Assembly: GCF_009914755.1 (NCBI RefSeq)
Contig: NC_060931.1
Source: the human T2T-CHM13v2.0 reference genome, Homo sapiens
DNA length: 64,000 nucleotides
Reading direction: 5' to 3' (one strand)
The position numbers were made by a program, and so were the translations under genes. The number at the start of each line of letters is the position of its first letter. The stretch's first letter is position 1. Shown here piece after piece: positions 12,840 through 27,144 of the stretch. The notes under the pieces are model-generated. The model did not search any database. It was given only the letters and a program-made list of their open reading frames with translations, and had not been told where the DNA came from.

Positions 12840-15760
12840 TTTTATTTTAAATTATGATCTGATTCAAACATAGTACATGTACTCATGTAATCATCATCCA
12901 TATAACATTTTAGATATTTTTAAAATGAAAATATTATAGATATAACTGTACAGTCTCCTGCCGTCTAATCATCCTCTTACTCTGACTCAAAAGTCAACCT
13001 CTATCCAGAAGCAGTTATGTTTCCTGTACATCTATATACTGTGCTTTTGCTACATATGTATTAATCCAGAAATAACACAGTATTGATTTTTATGCATTTA
13101 GAAGTCACATGAATGATAACAAACATTATGCACACTTTAGCACCTTGCTTTTTTTCTAACATAACTTTGATATATATGTACATGGTTCATTCATTTTAGC
13201 TACTAGTTATTACTCCATTTTATAAATGTACCACGATTTATCAATTTCTTTCTTAAAATAAGAAATTTATTTTATGTTCAGTTTTTACTGATACAAGCAA
13301 TGCTGTGATGAATATCCTTGTTTCTCCTTGCCAACATAAACCAGGGTTTGTAATACTTAATCACAGAACCATTGGTCACAGGGTATAAATGGCTTCAATT
13401 TATCAGATACTACCTGATTGTATTTCAAATGTATTAAATTAATTCATATTTCCAGGAACCATATGTGAAAATTCTTGTTTTCCTGTATCCTTATCAACGT
13501 CAATACTTGTTATTATCAGACTTTAAATCATTGCCATTTATGAATATGAGTTTCCTGTCTTGTTAGCGTGCCTTTCCCTGGCTACTAGTAAAGTTGACGG
13601 TTGTATCAGTTAGCTATCGCCCCACTAATGCTACATCACAAGTCACTCACAATTCAATGGCTTAAAACTACTCTTATTGATTAATCATTCTCAGTCTGTT
13701 GTTTCGCTGGCAGTCAGCTGATCTAGACTGGGCTTGGCAGGGCAACTCAACTGGGTTTGTCTTCCTGCTGAGGCTTGGACTTGTGCTTATTTATTCAGTT
13801 GCTCAATTAATTAATTGGGCATGTGTGGTCATTCAGAGGCACAAGCCAGCAACATGAAAGATCTCTTAAGGCTGATACTTGCACAATTTCTTATGGCTTC
13901 ATTTTGGAACTGGCGTGTGTTCACTTTTACCACACTCTTTTGGCCAAAGCAAATGGCCAACCCTAAGTCAAAGGGTGAGAAAATATATTCTTTCCATTTA
14001 GTGGGAGGAACTGCAAAGTCATGTGGAAAAGGGCTTAGATACAGGGAGGAATGAAAAATTTGGCCAGTAATGCAATCCTCTACAGGGTTGTTCAGGCTTC
14101 TTTTTCTGTGAATTGCCTATTCACAGGCTTTAACAATTTTCCTTTTTTGGATATTTGTCATTTTTTATTTATATGTAAAAATATTTGTATATTTTAGCTA
14201 CTAATTTTGTATCACTGATTTTTTCAGCCATGCCTTTTTACTTCTTTTATTCTGCTATTGTTGATATAGAAAGTTTTAATGTAAATAATTTTTTCAAACT
14301 TTTCTCCCATTGATTAATAATGATTTTTAAGTTTTCTATGCAAAGCTCCCAAATTACTGTTCCGTTCCACTTGTTCATTTGCATTTCCCACACAGGTTAA
14401 ATTACCATGACTATATAAAAATTCAACACATTTAATAGTATGAGCCTATACTCATCCCATTCTTTTTTTCCAAAATGTTCTTAACCACTTTTACTCTTTC
14501 CTCTTCCATGTGAATGTTAGGATAAGCTTCTCATCTTAAAAAGTTTCCTATTGCAAATTAAAATAAAGTATATTAAGTTTATAGACTAAATTGGAGAAGA
14601 AATACAATCACTAATAAAGTAGTTACTCAATTATTTAAAACCCTTTTTCTCTTATGTGTTTTGTTCTAATGTAAATAAGGATCTATTTTTTTAAATTATG
14701 GTTTATAATTGGCTGTTGCTCCTGTATAGGAAAGTGATTTTTATAGATGGATCTCAAATACTGCAAATTTGTGGGACTGTAATTTTCACAATGTGTCAAT
14801 AGATTCTTGTAGAATTTTCTATGTTGATAATTTTTTGTCTGTGAGTAATGATTTTATATATTCCTTTCAAATCTATATGTCTCTTGTTCTTTTCCTAATC
14901 CAATTTTGTGTCAATAAGTTTCAATAAAGTCTTAAATAGAACAATGATTGAAGGAATCTGGTTATGGCCTCTTACACTAAAGGAAATAATCCTAATGGAT
15001 ATTTTTATTGTAGGTTTTTGGTAAGAATCCATCATCAAGTAAAGGGAGCTATCTTTCACTTCTAGTTTTCTGAGAATTTATGATTTGATTAGAAATATTA
15101 CTCTATTTCTTCTTGAATCAATTTTGCTGTTGTGACATATTTTATCCATGTTTTAACATTTATTATGTTTGGACTATAGTTAATTATAAATTTCTCTATT
15201 TGTAATTATGGTCCCATTTTTTTTCTTGATCAATAATGTCAGCAAATTAGGTATTTCATTAGTCTTCTCAAAGAAAGAATATTTGATTCCAATGATTCTA
15301 CAATTTCTTTAGTTTTTTTAAGTGCTTTTCTTATTTTAATAATTAATATTACATTCATTCTACCTTCTCTAGATTTACTATTTTGAATTGTTTAGTGCTT
15401 GGATTTGGTTAATAGCTTAATTTAACATGTTGATTTTTCTCTTTTTTCCCTATCAGCATTTCAGGAAATTTTTCTATGTATTATTTTATGGCTTTCCACA
15501 TATATACTACTTCTGTTGCCTTGTGTTCTAATTATTTCATAATATCTATTAAGACTAATTCTTTGGCACATAAATTATTTTAAGTATGTTTTCCACTTTT
15601 CAAATGCATAATATTTTTGCTCTTTTGTTACTTGTTTCTAGTTTCATTGCATTGTGTTCAGAAAACAGTGTATACTATATTGATTTTTTGATAGTTTGAG
15701 GCTTTGTGAACTAATACTTGATTTTTACCAATGTGCTGTTTATAAGTCATAGAATGTCAC
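12840..15760 (-). mobile_element. Degenerate L1ME-type element, interrupted by an MLT1 LTR
   Basis: T-rich antisense old-L1 sequence blocks on both sides of the MLT1. Boundaries are approximate. Confidence 0.6.
13602..14084 (-). mobile_element. MLT1 (MaLR) solo LTR
   Basis: TGTATCAGTTAGCTAT...AATGGCTTAAAAC...GGCCAAAGCAAATGGCC...CTACA; TG...CA termini. Confidence 0.75.
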
Positions 15761-16009
15761 ATTTATCATCATGCAATCCCACATAATATTGTCTTATACT
15801 AAAACAGCTCATTTACTCTGAAGCAGGTGCAGCAATGAGCAAGTAACAATGAGATGCATTGGCTCTACCATAAACTGCCTCACCCAGGAGCTGCCAGATT
15901 CAGAGTAGATGAAATTGCCTTTTGATGGAACAGCAAAGGGGCCAGCTTGGAGATGACACTCATGAAAGCCTATGAGCTAGACCACTGTTCTTCAAGATGT
16001 GGTTATGCA

Positions 16010-18783
16010 TTATTTTTTCTCCTAAAAGAGTTTTACTTCTCATAAAGCACTGTAGTCTGCAGAGCGGCCATTCTGACAGGCTAGGAGGCATAGTCTCCAG
16101 ACAGAAGCAAGAAGCAAACACTTCCAGGGAGGGAAAAAGACAACAGGAATTTATGCTGAGCAGGGTGGCTGAATATATGTACTTAATAAGCTATAGGAGA
16201 CATAATGAATATTTATGAAAGGAGAAACGTGCCCATGCACAATTGTGCTTGATGCTTCTCCATCTTCAACAAAAAAGGTGGTAATCCAAGGGGGAGTTTT
16301 TGTCTTTCTGACATCCAAAGGTGAGGCAGGTGACACAAAAAACCCTTGGTGCACTTTCTCCATAGACTGGCCAGAACAACTCCATGGTTGTTGGTCTCTT
16401 AACAGGCAAAAAAGGAGTGGCAGCACCAAGGCATTAGTTGATATTAACGGTGGAGTCTTTTGAAAAAGGTGGTTTCTCTTTAGCCCTTACAGAAGAAAAC
16501 CGAATCATGGTTAATGAGGGAGGGAAATATAACGAGGTGAGTCTGACCCACATGTCCTGTCATGGCTGACAACTCAGTTTTCAGGTTTACTCTCAGGCCT
16601 CCTTGGCCAAGAGATGGTCTGTTCTGTCAGTTGGGGAGCTTAGAATTTTATATTTAGTTTACATTCTTCCTCTTTTTGTCGAGATCTGCTGGAGGCTCTA
16701 TCCACCAAAAGGCTCTATCACCAGGTATCTTGATATCCTCTTGGTAATTCTCTTTTAATCTTTGGGAAGCAGGAAATTTTTTATGGTGAAAATAGAATGG
16801 AAAGGGGCTACACAATGGCCCAGGAGGCAAAGTCCTTCAATTTGCTGGCAGCTGTGTAAGCACCTGTGTGCCTATTCTTGACTTGGAGGATCTGAACTAA
16901 CTGTATTCCTCAAAACTATTCCTTATAATCTCAGGCACCAACCTCTTCTGCAATAGTCCCTGGACCTAGAAGGAGGGTGCCTCTGTAGTTTTTGCAACAG
17001 GGTGGTAGAAAGAAAACAGACCAGACACCATGAGATTCCAAATGAGAGAGATTTGCAGGCCTTGCCCAATCATCTCTAGTCTGCAGAGTACCATGTGTAT
17101 TAGTCTATTTTCATACTGCTATAAAGAACTGCCTAAGACTGGGTAATTCATAAAGGAAAGAGGTTTAATTGACTCACAGTTCAGCATGACTGAGGAGGCC
17201 TCAGGAAACTTACAATCATGGAGAAAGTTTAAGGGGAAGCAAGGTACCTTCTTTACAAGGTGGAAGGAAGGAGAAGTGCTGAGTGAAGGGGGAAGAGCCC
17301 CTTATAAAACCATTAGATCTCGTGAGAAATCACTCACTATTAGAAGAACAGCAAGGGAAAACTGCCCCCATGATCCAATTCCCTCCACCTGGTCTCTATC
17401 TTGATACATGGGGATTATGGGGGTTATGGGGATTACAATTCAAGATGAGATTTGGGTGGGAACACAAAGCCTAATCTTATCACCATGATTCTAGTTTTCT
17501 CAGAAGAAGTAAAACAACAGGAAATAAATAGCATTAATAATTTGACATTCAAAAGAGAATCTGTGTGTCAGAATGGAAAAGAACCCTATCCCATTAGGGA
17601 CAACTCAAAATATCATGAAGAAAAAATATAACCTGATTCTTTTTTAGAGGCATATTGTAGCCAAGAAATAATTCGTGATTCAATCTGCACTCAAATGCTA
17701 AGGTCAGGGATGGAATCTGGTAACTAGTGTGATATTTCTCCTACCTAGAACTGCAAAACAGAAGGCCTGCAAATCTACCCTTCAGGCAATATTAATTGGA
17801 TTTGCTATATGGGAAACAGTAAGACTGCCTGAGCCCACAGAGTGTAGAGTAGAAGTGGAGGTGCTAGTAGGAAAAGATTCTCCACCTGATAGCACTTTGG
17901 GATAATTTACTGGGGCTTAAACCTGTGAACACCTCCCAACAACTCTTGGGACTCTGGACTAGAGAATTTCTGCTTGAGGGGCATTTACTGCTTGGTTTTG
18001 GGACTTTAACTGAACCTACCCCTATGACTGAGGGACTTGAATTGATTTGGTATCTGAAATACCTAGGCTGTCTGGGGAGATGTCAGAGAAATACTCTAAT
18101 AGAGATAGCAGTGCTCAGAAGAAATGCCCAGAGTTCCATAACAAAACGGAAATGGTTATATAGGATCACACTACTTGGGGATGCAAAAAGGAGACATTCA
18201 CAAACGTGGGGCCTCTTTTTTCTAGGACTGACTCTGGAACTGTGTGAGGAGCTGCTGGACTACACAATGCCCAATAAACATCTGTCACCTGACTGACAAA
18301 CAGCTGCTTGGTTTGTGGGTGGTAGTTCCAAGGTGAACAAACAACATGTTTGGAAAGCTGCTATTCTGACAAGTATGGTTTGTTTGTTTGTTTGTTTGTT
18401 TTTTTGTTTTTAGAAGAATTTACCTTTTCCTCTACTCAAGTTCTCCAAAATTCCAAAGCTATTCGTCAGTATTCTTATTTTACGGTAATATAGTAGTTGG
18501 CGTTTATGTTCAGTAAGAATCTATTTTCTTTTGAAACAGGAAACAATTGGAGAAGCTGGTTGTTTTACCAATACTTTGGCTAGAATAACATAGTCTCAGG
18601 TAATGTTCCAGCAAAGCCAACTTAAAGAGAGCCTGTATGGCCAATCAATTCTTGCTATACTTTATGCAAATAATAGGGCCAAGTATAATAAGCCTGAAAT
18701 TTATTTTGCACACAAATTGGTCTTACTCTGTTTTCTCTTTGGTAGAAAAGGGGGATTGGAGAGAGAGAAATCATGTTTCTGAG
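16010..18783 (-). mobile_element. MER4-group ERV1 fragment: 3' LTR (16010-16662, LTR51/54/56-like) plus internal sequence
   Basis: Minus-strand LTR start TGTAAACTAAATATAAAATTCTAAGCTCCCCAAC, preceded by a polypurine tract. Flanked by TTATGC direct repeats. Confidence 0.75.
17096..17482 (-). mobile_element. THE1C-like solo LTR
   Basis: TGTATTAGTC...CTTATCA with typical THE1 body and a 5-bp TSD CCATG (17091-17095, 17483-17487). Confidence 0.95.
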
Positions 18784-19607
18784 GTTTATGCTTTTAACCA
18801 ATGTTAATCATATGATACTCAATACATGAGTCTAGGAACCAAACATGGGGATAGAAGGGAGCCTGCTCCCTTGGTGAACTTTTGTTTCCTGTTGCCTCTC
18901 CACAAGTCAGGCTCATTTAGGGATCATTTTCCCAGAGGAGGGATGTTTCTACCAGAAGATATAGTAAATATTTTCACTAAACCTAAGGTTTAAATCTCCT
19001 GCCTGTCATTTTGAGCTCTTCATTACACCAGGTGAATAGGAAAAGGAGTAAGCTACTACCATATTGGCAGAACTAATCGACACAAATTATCATGAGGAGG
19101 TAGGGTTGATGCTCATTATGCCAGTAGAAAGGCATATGTCTGGAACTCAGAAGAACTTTATCTGCTGCTTCCATTTCCAGGAATAATCATAAAGGGGCCA
19201 CTGCAATAACTATGGCCTGACAAGAACGAAAAACCTCAAGCATAAAGGTCTGGGTATTATCACTGGGCTGACAGTTCTCACCAGCACCAATGCCATCCAA
19301 GAGTTAGTGGAATCTATTATAGAAAGGATGAGAGAAAAGGGAGATAATGCGTATCACTGTTGGCCTCAGGACTGTCACTTTTCCCACTAAATCTGTTGTA
19401 AGTTTATTTTGAAAAATTGTAACTGGACATCACCTTGAAAAAGCAGTGATAGACTGGAGTAAAGTTAATGTTGGGTCAAGTAAGTCAGACTGGTACAAGC
19501 GGTGGGCTCTCACAGATTCTGTCAGTGCATCATCTATCTCCAGGATTGGACTCTAGTGGACTTCAATGTCTTTATGTGCATCTCTGCGCCTATCACACAG
19601 CAGGCAC

Positions 19608-19739
19608 AGATGACACTCATGAAAGCCTATGAGCTACAGCACTGTTCTTCAAGATGTGGTTATGCATTATTTTTTCTCCTAAAAGAGTTTTCTCATAAAG
19701 CATTGTAGTCTGCAGAGTGGCCATTCTGACAGGCTAGGA
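19608..19739 (+). repeat. Dispersed copy of 15951-16086
   Basis: AGATGACACTCATGAAAGCC...CTGACAGGCTAGGA occurs twice, with a few substitutions and one 4-bp indel. Confidence 0.95.
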
Positions 19740-21219
19740 AGCCTAAAGTGCAAAAGAATTAGCACTCCTAAGAGCAGCTCTCAATCAGCGACTCTTTGGA
19801 GTTCATGAGTACATTTTGTAACTATCTGGCACTTTCGGTGGGATAGTTCTAAGGTATCTATTTACCTATTTTATTGCCAGTTGTCCATTGTAAATACTGG
19901 CTAAATAATGCATCGTAAATTGCCTCCCTTCCATTCCTGTGTCAGTTTTTCTTTCTCCTATTGGTATTACTTACACTCTTCATACTTGAACGATTGTTTT
20001 ACATCCTACTTCTAGAAGAACTCAAAATAGAACACGGGGTCTCAAATCAGATATGGAACTTTTCATTTCAGCTCATGAAACTCAAGGTTTATATCCCCAT
20101 GCAGGTGAGCCTATGTATGTGTTCAATTTATGATGGACCAACAGACTGCCAACTCTGGCATGGGTTTCCCCTTTTGTTTCTTATGCCACCAAATGTCCTA
20201 TTTTAACATTTATGTTTAGATATGTTTAATTTGTCTTTCAGAATTAAACTAAGACAACATTGGGGCATCATGTCACTTCTATTAGTCCGACAATAAGGAG
20301 GACATTAGATAATGCCAGGTCTGAGCAGGGATATAGGGCTGTAGGAGTACTCATGTGCTGAAGGTGAATACAGGTGCAGTTCTGTAGAAATGTCTGACCT
20401 TAGTCCAATAAGTTTATACCTAGTCTATGAGGCTTAACCATTTTGCTCCTATATATAGATTCCCTCCCCTGTCCAAAAAAAGGCCCAGGGCACCTACAAG
20501 AAGACACATATAAGATACCTTATTACAACGTTATTTTTGTTGGCAGGAAATTGCCACCGGTTCAGGCATCCACCACAAGGGCAGTAGATGGTAACATGTG
20601 TCATGGTCCACTTTGGAGTACAATGCATCAGTAGAAATGATAGACTAGTTGTATATGCAGCAAATTTAATAGCTCTTAAAATATATTGTTAGAAGAACAA
20701 AGGAGAAATCACAAGATATGTAACATAGTACTTTTGTGTACTTTTAAGTGTGCACACAAACCACTGCTCATGTCCTACAAGAATAAACCAACTGTTGTCT
20801 ATTCAACAAACACATTGAAAGTAAAGAGGAAAAGAGGAAACAAAGGTGGGATAGGGAGGAGAAAAGAAAACAAATGAACAAAACAAAAATTGAGCCTTGT
20901 GAAGACCAAAGATAATAATGTGCCAAGTAGTGAAAAGTAAGATTAGCACAATCCTTGTCACCTAAAGCACACACACAAATTTTGTGTTATATATTTTGAG
21001 TACATCTATAGATTTGCCATAGATGAAAGTTTGAAACAGCATAGTTTAAGTGTTAGAAGTATATACATCATACTCTAATTTTATACTATACTATAATGTA
21101 ATATAACTTTCCTCTTGGTAGATAATTTGGTTCCAGTTTTCTGCTACTGCAAACAGTGGCTACAGTGAGCAATGCTCTGTGCCCATGTGCAATATAGGTG
21201 GCTCTACGGACAGAAGTAA

Positions 21220-21400
21220 TGAGATGTAATGGCTAAGAACACTGGGTTCAGTGTTGGAATCCTGGTTCTTCTACTGTGTATCCTCGGGCAAGTTAGGTAA
21301 TTACTCTGAACCTCAGTTTCTTGAAGGAGATGATGTGTATAAAGCATGTAAATCAATGCTGGCACATACTTGCACACTCAATCAGTATTAGTTATTATCA
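21220..21400 (+). mobile_element. MIR
   Basis: GGCAAGTTAGGTAATTACTCTGAACCTCAGTTTC core and GCTGGCACATA 3' part. Confidence 0.7.
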
Positions 21401-23394
21401 TGACTATTGTTTTAACATGTATTTTAATAAAACAAAGTTACAGTGATTGAATTGCTTACTTATATGGAACACATTTTAAATGTATATACATTTTTAAAAT
21501 TTCAAATGAGCCATATAAATTTACTCCACCACCAAAGGTGTAAAGGTCTATTTACCAAAGGAATCTGACAATACTCTTTTTTCTACACTTGGCAAAATCA
21601 GACATCTTCATTCTTTTGGGTTTCTTTTCCATCTCAGTGAATAAAACATTACCTTTTACCTTATATTTCCTTGATTGCAAATACGTACGTGAACCTTTTG
21701 AACTTTTATGAAATATTCATTCAAAATCTGGCATATTAACAAAATTAATCCTAACCAGTTTTAGAGAAAAGAGGCTTCAGTCAGCTTTTGTATTTATTTG
21801 GCTTATGACTCATAATAGATTCAACCATACTAAGCTTAGTGTGGAGCAGCCCTACACACTGCCTCACAGATTCTGCCATTATTTTATTTTCTGTCCAGAT
21901 GGGCTATTGGGAGATATAAATGATCATGATTATATCAGAGGGTTGTTGTTACTGTTTTTCTTTTTCTAATATTCATAAACATCATCTTGATTAAAATCCA
22001 AAGCTTTTAGAAGTAAAGATAAATTAAGATACAGAATTATTAACATTGTAGTACTTTATAATATTCCTTTTGCTTTTAAAATTTTTGTCATGACCTGCAA
22101 GATTTTAACAGCATAATTTTAATCCACATGCCTAAATTCTATTCTGTGACCTTAAAAGAATTTAAGCATTTATTCTATCATTGATGGAATAAAATGTCAG
22201 TTCTTAAGGATTTAGAAAATGTCAGCCAATATAGCCAAGGGGGCTCTTTATTAAGAAGTTCCTTTTGATTAAATAAATGCACATGTAGTCCATAGAGTAA
22301 TTTATACGGGGGAGACTAAAAGACTGCAAGAAAAGTCACTTTCTATCAAAATTATCCTTAGTTCCTAATGATTTCTTTTATTGAGTTTCTAAAAATGTTT
22401 CCCAAGAAGAACATCTTTTATTTAGCATGGTATATATTGGGACGGCTCTCCCTCTTCTATCCCAGATAAATCCCTGATACACAAAACTCCTGCTTATTCC
22501 ACAGCAATTTCATCAACATAGAAAGCCCGCAGGGATAAAGAGAGAGTCAGGACATGTGTTACTTCGTCAATCTCTTGCTGTAATGAAGAAAGAAGAAAGA
22601 TAGAGGAATTGTCAGATATTAGGATATTAGAACAACATTTATTTTACTGTCCTGTATTCTCAGCTTACCACCTGGGGAATCTGAGAAAACTCTAAGACTT
22701 CAGGTTTGTGTATTTTCAGTATTAAACACGGTTATTGATTACTGCTCGTATAACTCTTATATTAAATATTTCTACGCTCCAAGGTTCAGGCTATATTTTA
22801 GTGATCTCATCTGTTCATGGCTCAAAATCCCACGTGGGTATTAATAAAATAATATATGAATAGTACAAAGCCTACAGACTTGAAAACATGTTGGCCATGA
22901 AAATTCTTCAAAATGAAATTTTAGTCTAATGCCCTTTTAATTTATCTCAGGTTATGCCAATGGAGAATGGTTATGTTAATAGAGAGACCCATTCCTTGTT
23001 GCACAGCTGGTACCTCTTTATATAACATCTCTAAGGCTATGATGAAACAGTGCTTTGAGGATATCACTGTGAAGACTGATTCTCATCAACACATCTTTTG
23101 CATAATTCTCACTGATATCACCAGTGAAATAAAGCAGAGAACTCTTCTCCAATGACTTTTATCTTTTATGTACTTTCTTCCTGGACCTACTACAGTAAAG
23201 CAGACAAAATCAATATTAAAAAGTAAACTTCGCTCCTTTTCTTTATTATAAAGCATGTTGACATGAAAACATTGTGATAACGAAAATCATAGACAAAGTT
23301 TAATTACTAATTCCACACTAGCCCATCAGAGATAATTCACTCATTCAGCAAGTGTTTAATGAATCTTGATAATGAACAATTTACTGTGCATTTT

Positions 23395-23421
23395 CTTTTT
23401 TTATCCTTTTCCTTTTCTTCT

Positions 23422-23455
<34 letters not shown>

Positions 23456-23736
23456 AGACAAGGTCTCACTCTGTCACCCAGGCTAGAGTACAGTGGCATG
23501 ACCTTGGCTCACTGCAGCCTTGACCTCCTGGGCTCAAGCAATCCTTCCACCTCAGTCTCCTGAGTAGTTGGGAATATAGATGTGTGTCACCACACCTGGC
23601 TAGTTTTTGCATTTTTTGTAGAGACAGGGGTTTGCCATCTTGACCAGGCTGGTCTCAAAATCCTGGGCTCAAGTGATCTGCCCACCTCAGCCTCCCAAAG
23701 TGCAGGGATTACAGGCATGAGCCACTGCACTCAGCC
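23395..23736 (-). mobile_element. AluJ
   Basis: Antisense Alu with J diagnostics (GCAGCCTTGACCTCCTGGGCTCAAG). TSD TTAC(T/C)GTGCATTTT at 23381-23394 and 23737-23750. Confidence 0.95.
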
Positions 23737-24948
23737 TTACCGTGCATTTTAGAGGATTCACATGTAAACAAACTTCACTTTCCTCAGTGTATTCAAATAT
23801 ATAAGTTAATTACTTGCCATGCTACACAGAAAGGGAAAAGTTCTGTAGATAGCTGGCAAGAATATACCATGGAAAAACAAAAGGAAGATAACACTTTCTA
23901 AGTTATTCCAATTATTTTTTAAAAATTGTGCTGTGGAAACAACATACATATCTATCAATGGAGGACTGGTAAAATGAATTATGGCTCATGACTTTATATC
24001 AGAGTACCTGTAATACATTAAAAATAATAATAAAGAGTATATATGGAAATATTTATTAATAAAATGATATACTTTTAATATAGAATTGATTTTAAAATTG
24101 GCAAATTATCAATAATAGTGCAAACTGAGTGGAAGTTATATGGGGGTTAATTTTCCTGTATACTAAGTTTTAAATTTTCCAAAATAAAAAAAAGCTAAAG
24201 GTAATAATTAGAAAGCTTCCTATGTTCTTATATGGAAATATTTTTGAGATATAATGTGAATAAGAAGAAGTGAGGAACAGAACAGGGTGGGGTGCAATGA
24301 AGCAGAAAATGTATTTTATACATGCAAATACATACATTAAAAATTATGAATGATTAAATAACTAAATGAGACCTTTATGGCCCTCATAGAGAAGACAGTC
24401 TTAGTTTGAACCATGGAAGGTGGATGATATTTTAACATATGATTGTGGAGTACATCAATATTTGAATGGAAAAAAAAATTATGAGAAAAGTGCCTGGAGT
24501 AGGATCATGTATAAAGCACATAGGGAATAGCTAGGAGTTTGGTCTTTCTGGGACATAAGATATGTGAAAGAGACTGGTGGAAAACAGGGTAACAAAGTCA
24601 GCTGAGACCAGAGGGTAAGGGCCTGGTGTGCCATGCTAAAGGGCAAGGGCTTTTCTTGGTCACTGTGGGTTTTAAGCAGGGTTTTAAGTGATTAGAATTA
24701 TATTTTCCAGAGTGACTCTGGCTAGATGTTCAGGCTGACTGCAATGAGGAGAACCTAGAGACAGGACAAACAGAATCTTCTTACAGAGGTCAGGGGATTT
24801 GGCCACAGTGGTTTCCAACAACCAATAAGAATGAGGGGAGGGTTAACATGTACATAAATGTTTTAGAGTGAGAGAAGAAACAAAGAACAGTCCTCGAATT
24901 TAATGATGATAAGAAGTCATTGATGAATCTATTTTTAAGATATATGAG

Positions 24949-25294
24949 TGTCTTAGTCTGTTTGTGATGTTTTAACAAAATACCTGAGACTGAATAATTT
25001 ATAAATGGCAGAATTAATTTCTTACAGTTTTGGCGATGGAAAGTCTAAGATCAAGGCACCAGTATTTGGTTCCTAGTGAGGGCCTTCTTGCTGTTTCCTC
25101 ATATGGCATGAGGTGTCAGCACACAAAAAGGGGACCTCCCTAGTTTACTCTAAACCTTTTAGAAGGTGGCTAATCCCATTCATGAGGGCACTGTCCTCAT
25201 GACTTAAACATCTGCTAAAGGCTCCGCCTCTTAATGCTATCATGCTAGTGATTGTCTCTACACATTCCTTTTGGAGGACATTTGGACCTTAGCA
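24949..25294 (-). mobile_element. MST/MLT1A-type MaLR solo LTR
   Basis: TGTCTTAGTCTG...AAGATCAAGGCACCAG...CCTTAGCA; TSD ATGA(G/A). Confidence 0.85.
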
Positions 25295-27144
25295 ATGAAC
25301 AAGATAGATAAATAATAGAACCCAAAATATTAATTCTGTATACAGATAAGTGTATTAAGAGACTTTCTATGTATATTTTTTCTACAATGACCATAAATTA
25401 CTTTTGCAACAAAGAAAATAACAATGAAATGTTGACAGTCTTTGGAAGCATTTAGATAGTGAGAACACAAGAAAACATTGCAAAAGCTGTCCACAAAAGC
25501 TCTGATTGTTTCAGGGTTTCAGTAAAATCCTTTGAGCTCCATTTCTGCATTTACAGTGTTGTCCTGCCAAGAGTTTTCTTCCATGGCAGCTCTCCTATCT
25601 GATTGAAGTTTCATCACTTGTAGATCTATTGATCACACCTAGTGACCAAGACATTAATATGTGAGTCCTTAATAACTTCACATGAAGAAAATGATCCTTA
25701 TTTTCTACAGCTTCTTCTCATGCTCAGTGTTCTGCAGAGGTCTCTGTTGCTGAATTCCTCCCCAGGCAATTATAATTAAAACGACTAATTGTAATGTGAG
25801 CGATTACTATGCAATGTGCCCTTTAACAGTTGATTTACATACATTAATTACAAGAATTCTCACAATTACTCTATGGCATCTTTGCTATTATTTTCCTTAT
25901 TGAACTTAGGAAGAAGCTGATATTTAGGGAGTGTCAGGGACTTGTCCATAGCAAGCCAACCAATAAGGAGTGAGGCATATATCACTCCAATCTTCATATC
26001 TTTTTGACCTCTCTAGAATGGGATTGGTTAATCTCTTTCCAAGAAACCATATGCTAAATGATTCAAAGTTTCATGGACAGCACAAGTGTCCTCCAAAAAA
26101 TTACTAATATAATTCATTCTATGTGATTTTTAGTAAAATGAAATTATGAAAAGTCAGAAGACTAGTGTTCCAGTCCTAGGTCTTCTAGCATGTATATAGG
26201 ATAATCACTTCATCTTTTTGGGTCTTCGAGTTCTCTCACACAATAATGGGTTAATACTTGACTAGTTATATCACAGTGCTGTTAGTAGTTACAAAGATAG
26301 CTCTGTGAAAGTTTTCCATAAACCATAAAGTGCCTTAAAATTATCCAGATTCTCCTAAAAGCCTCCTTGCTTTTCTGTCCTCCACCCCCAGGAGAAGAAC
26401 ATTCCAAGTCTATTTCTAGGGGAGTGCCTGCTCTCTAAAATGAAAAGTATTTATAAAAGGCAGGACTCTGAACTATTGTTCCCCCTATACAGGATTATGC
26501 TTGTAAATTACTCCTAAACCTTGGATGAAAAGAGAGATTATAGTATTAATGGTCTTACTTTTCAAAATACTACATTTTTGGTTGAACCCAAAGGTTGAAA
26601 TGCTAAAAATCATACCAGGGAATATAAGGTTTCTAGTAATTTTTTTTTTTCAGGAAAAACAAACAGCCCGTTTGTTTTCAGCCACTTCCAAGCTCCTATA
26701 TCTATGTTTTCATTTATTCAACATTTTTGAAAGCCTACTCAAGTGCCTCATAGCCCAGTGCTTAAGTAGGCAGGAATATATAATATTCATCTTGGCTTGA
26801 GATAGGGAAAGGAGCTCTGGGTGGATTGAATAGGATGTACAATGGCTTGGATGCAAAACAGAGCTTAGAGTGTTTAGAGAACTGAAAGTAGATCTGGAGA
26901 ATTAGGGTGAGATCAGCGGATTTTCCAATGACATTCAAGCACTAAAGAGTCAAAGCCCTTGTATTATATGTTGAAATTTTTGACTTTATCTTCAGGATAA
27001 TGAGGAGTCATTGGTGGATTTTAGGCATAAACCAATTTTTATATTTTTCAAATATCACTGTAGTTACCATGTAGAGAATAATAGATTGGATGGATGAAGT
27101 CACATTTGTCCCCAGATTTCTCCTGTTGCAGCCTCACTTACTGC

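Larger units (their letters stand above)
15760..20030 (+). mobile_element. Old MaLR (MLT1J-like) internal region plus 3' LTR (~19490-20030), interrupted by an ERV1 insertion
   Basis: MaLR/ERVL-type internal sequence at 15760-16008 resumes at ~18784. The LTR ends TCTAGAAGAACTCAAAATAGAACA. Confidence 0.55.
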
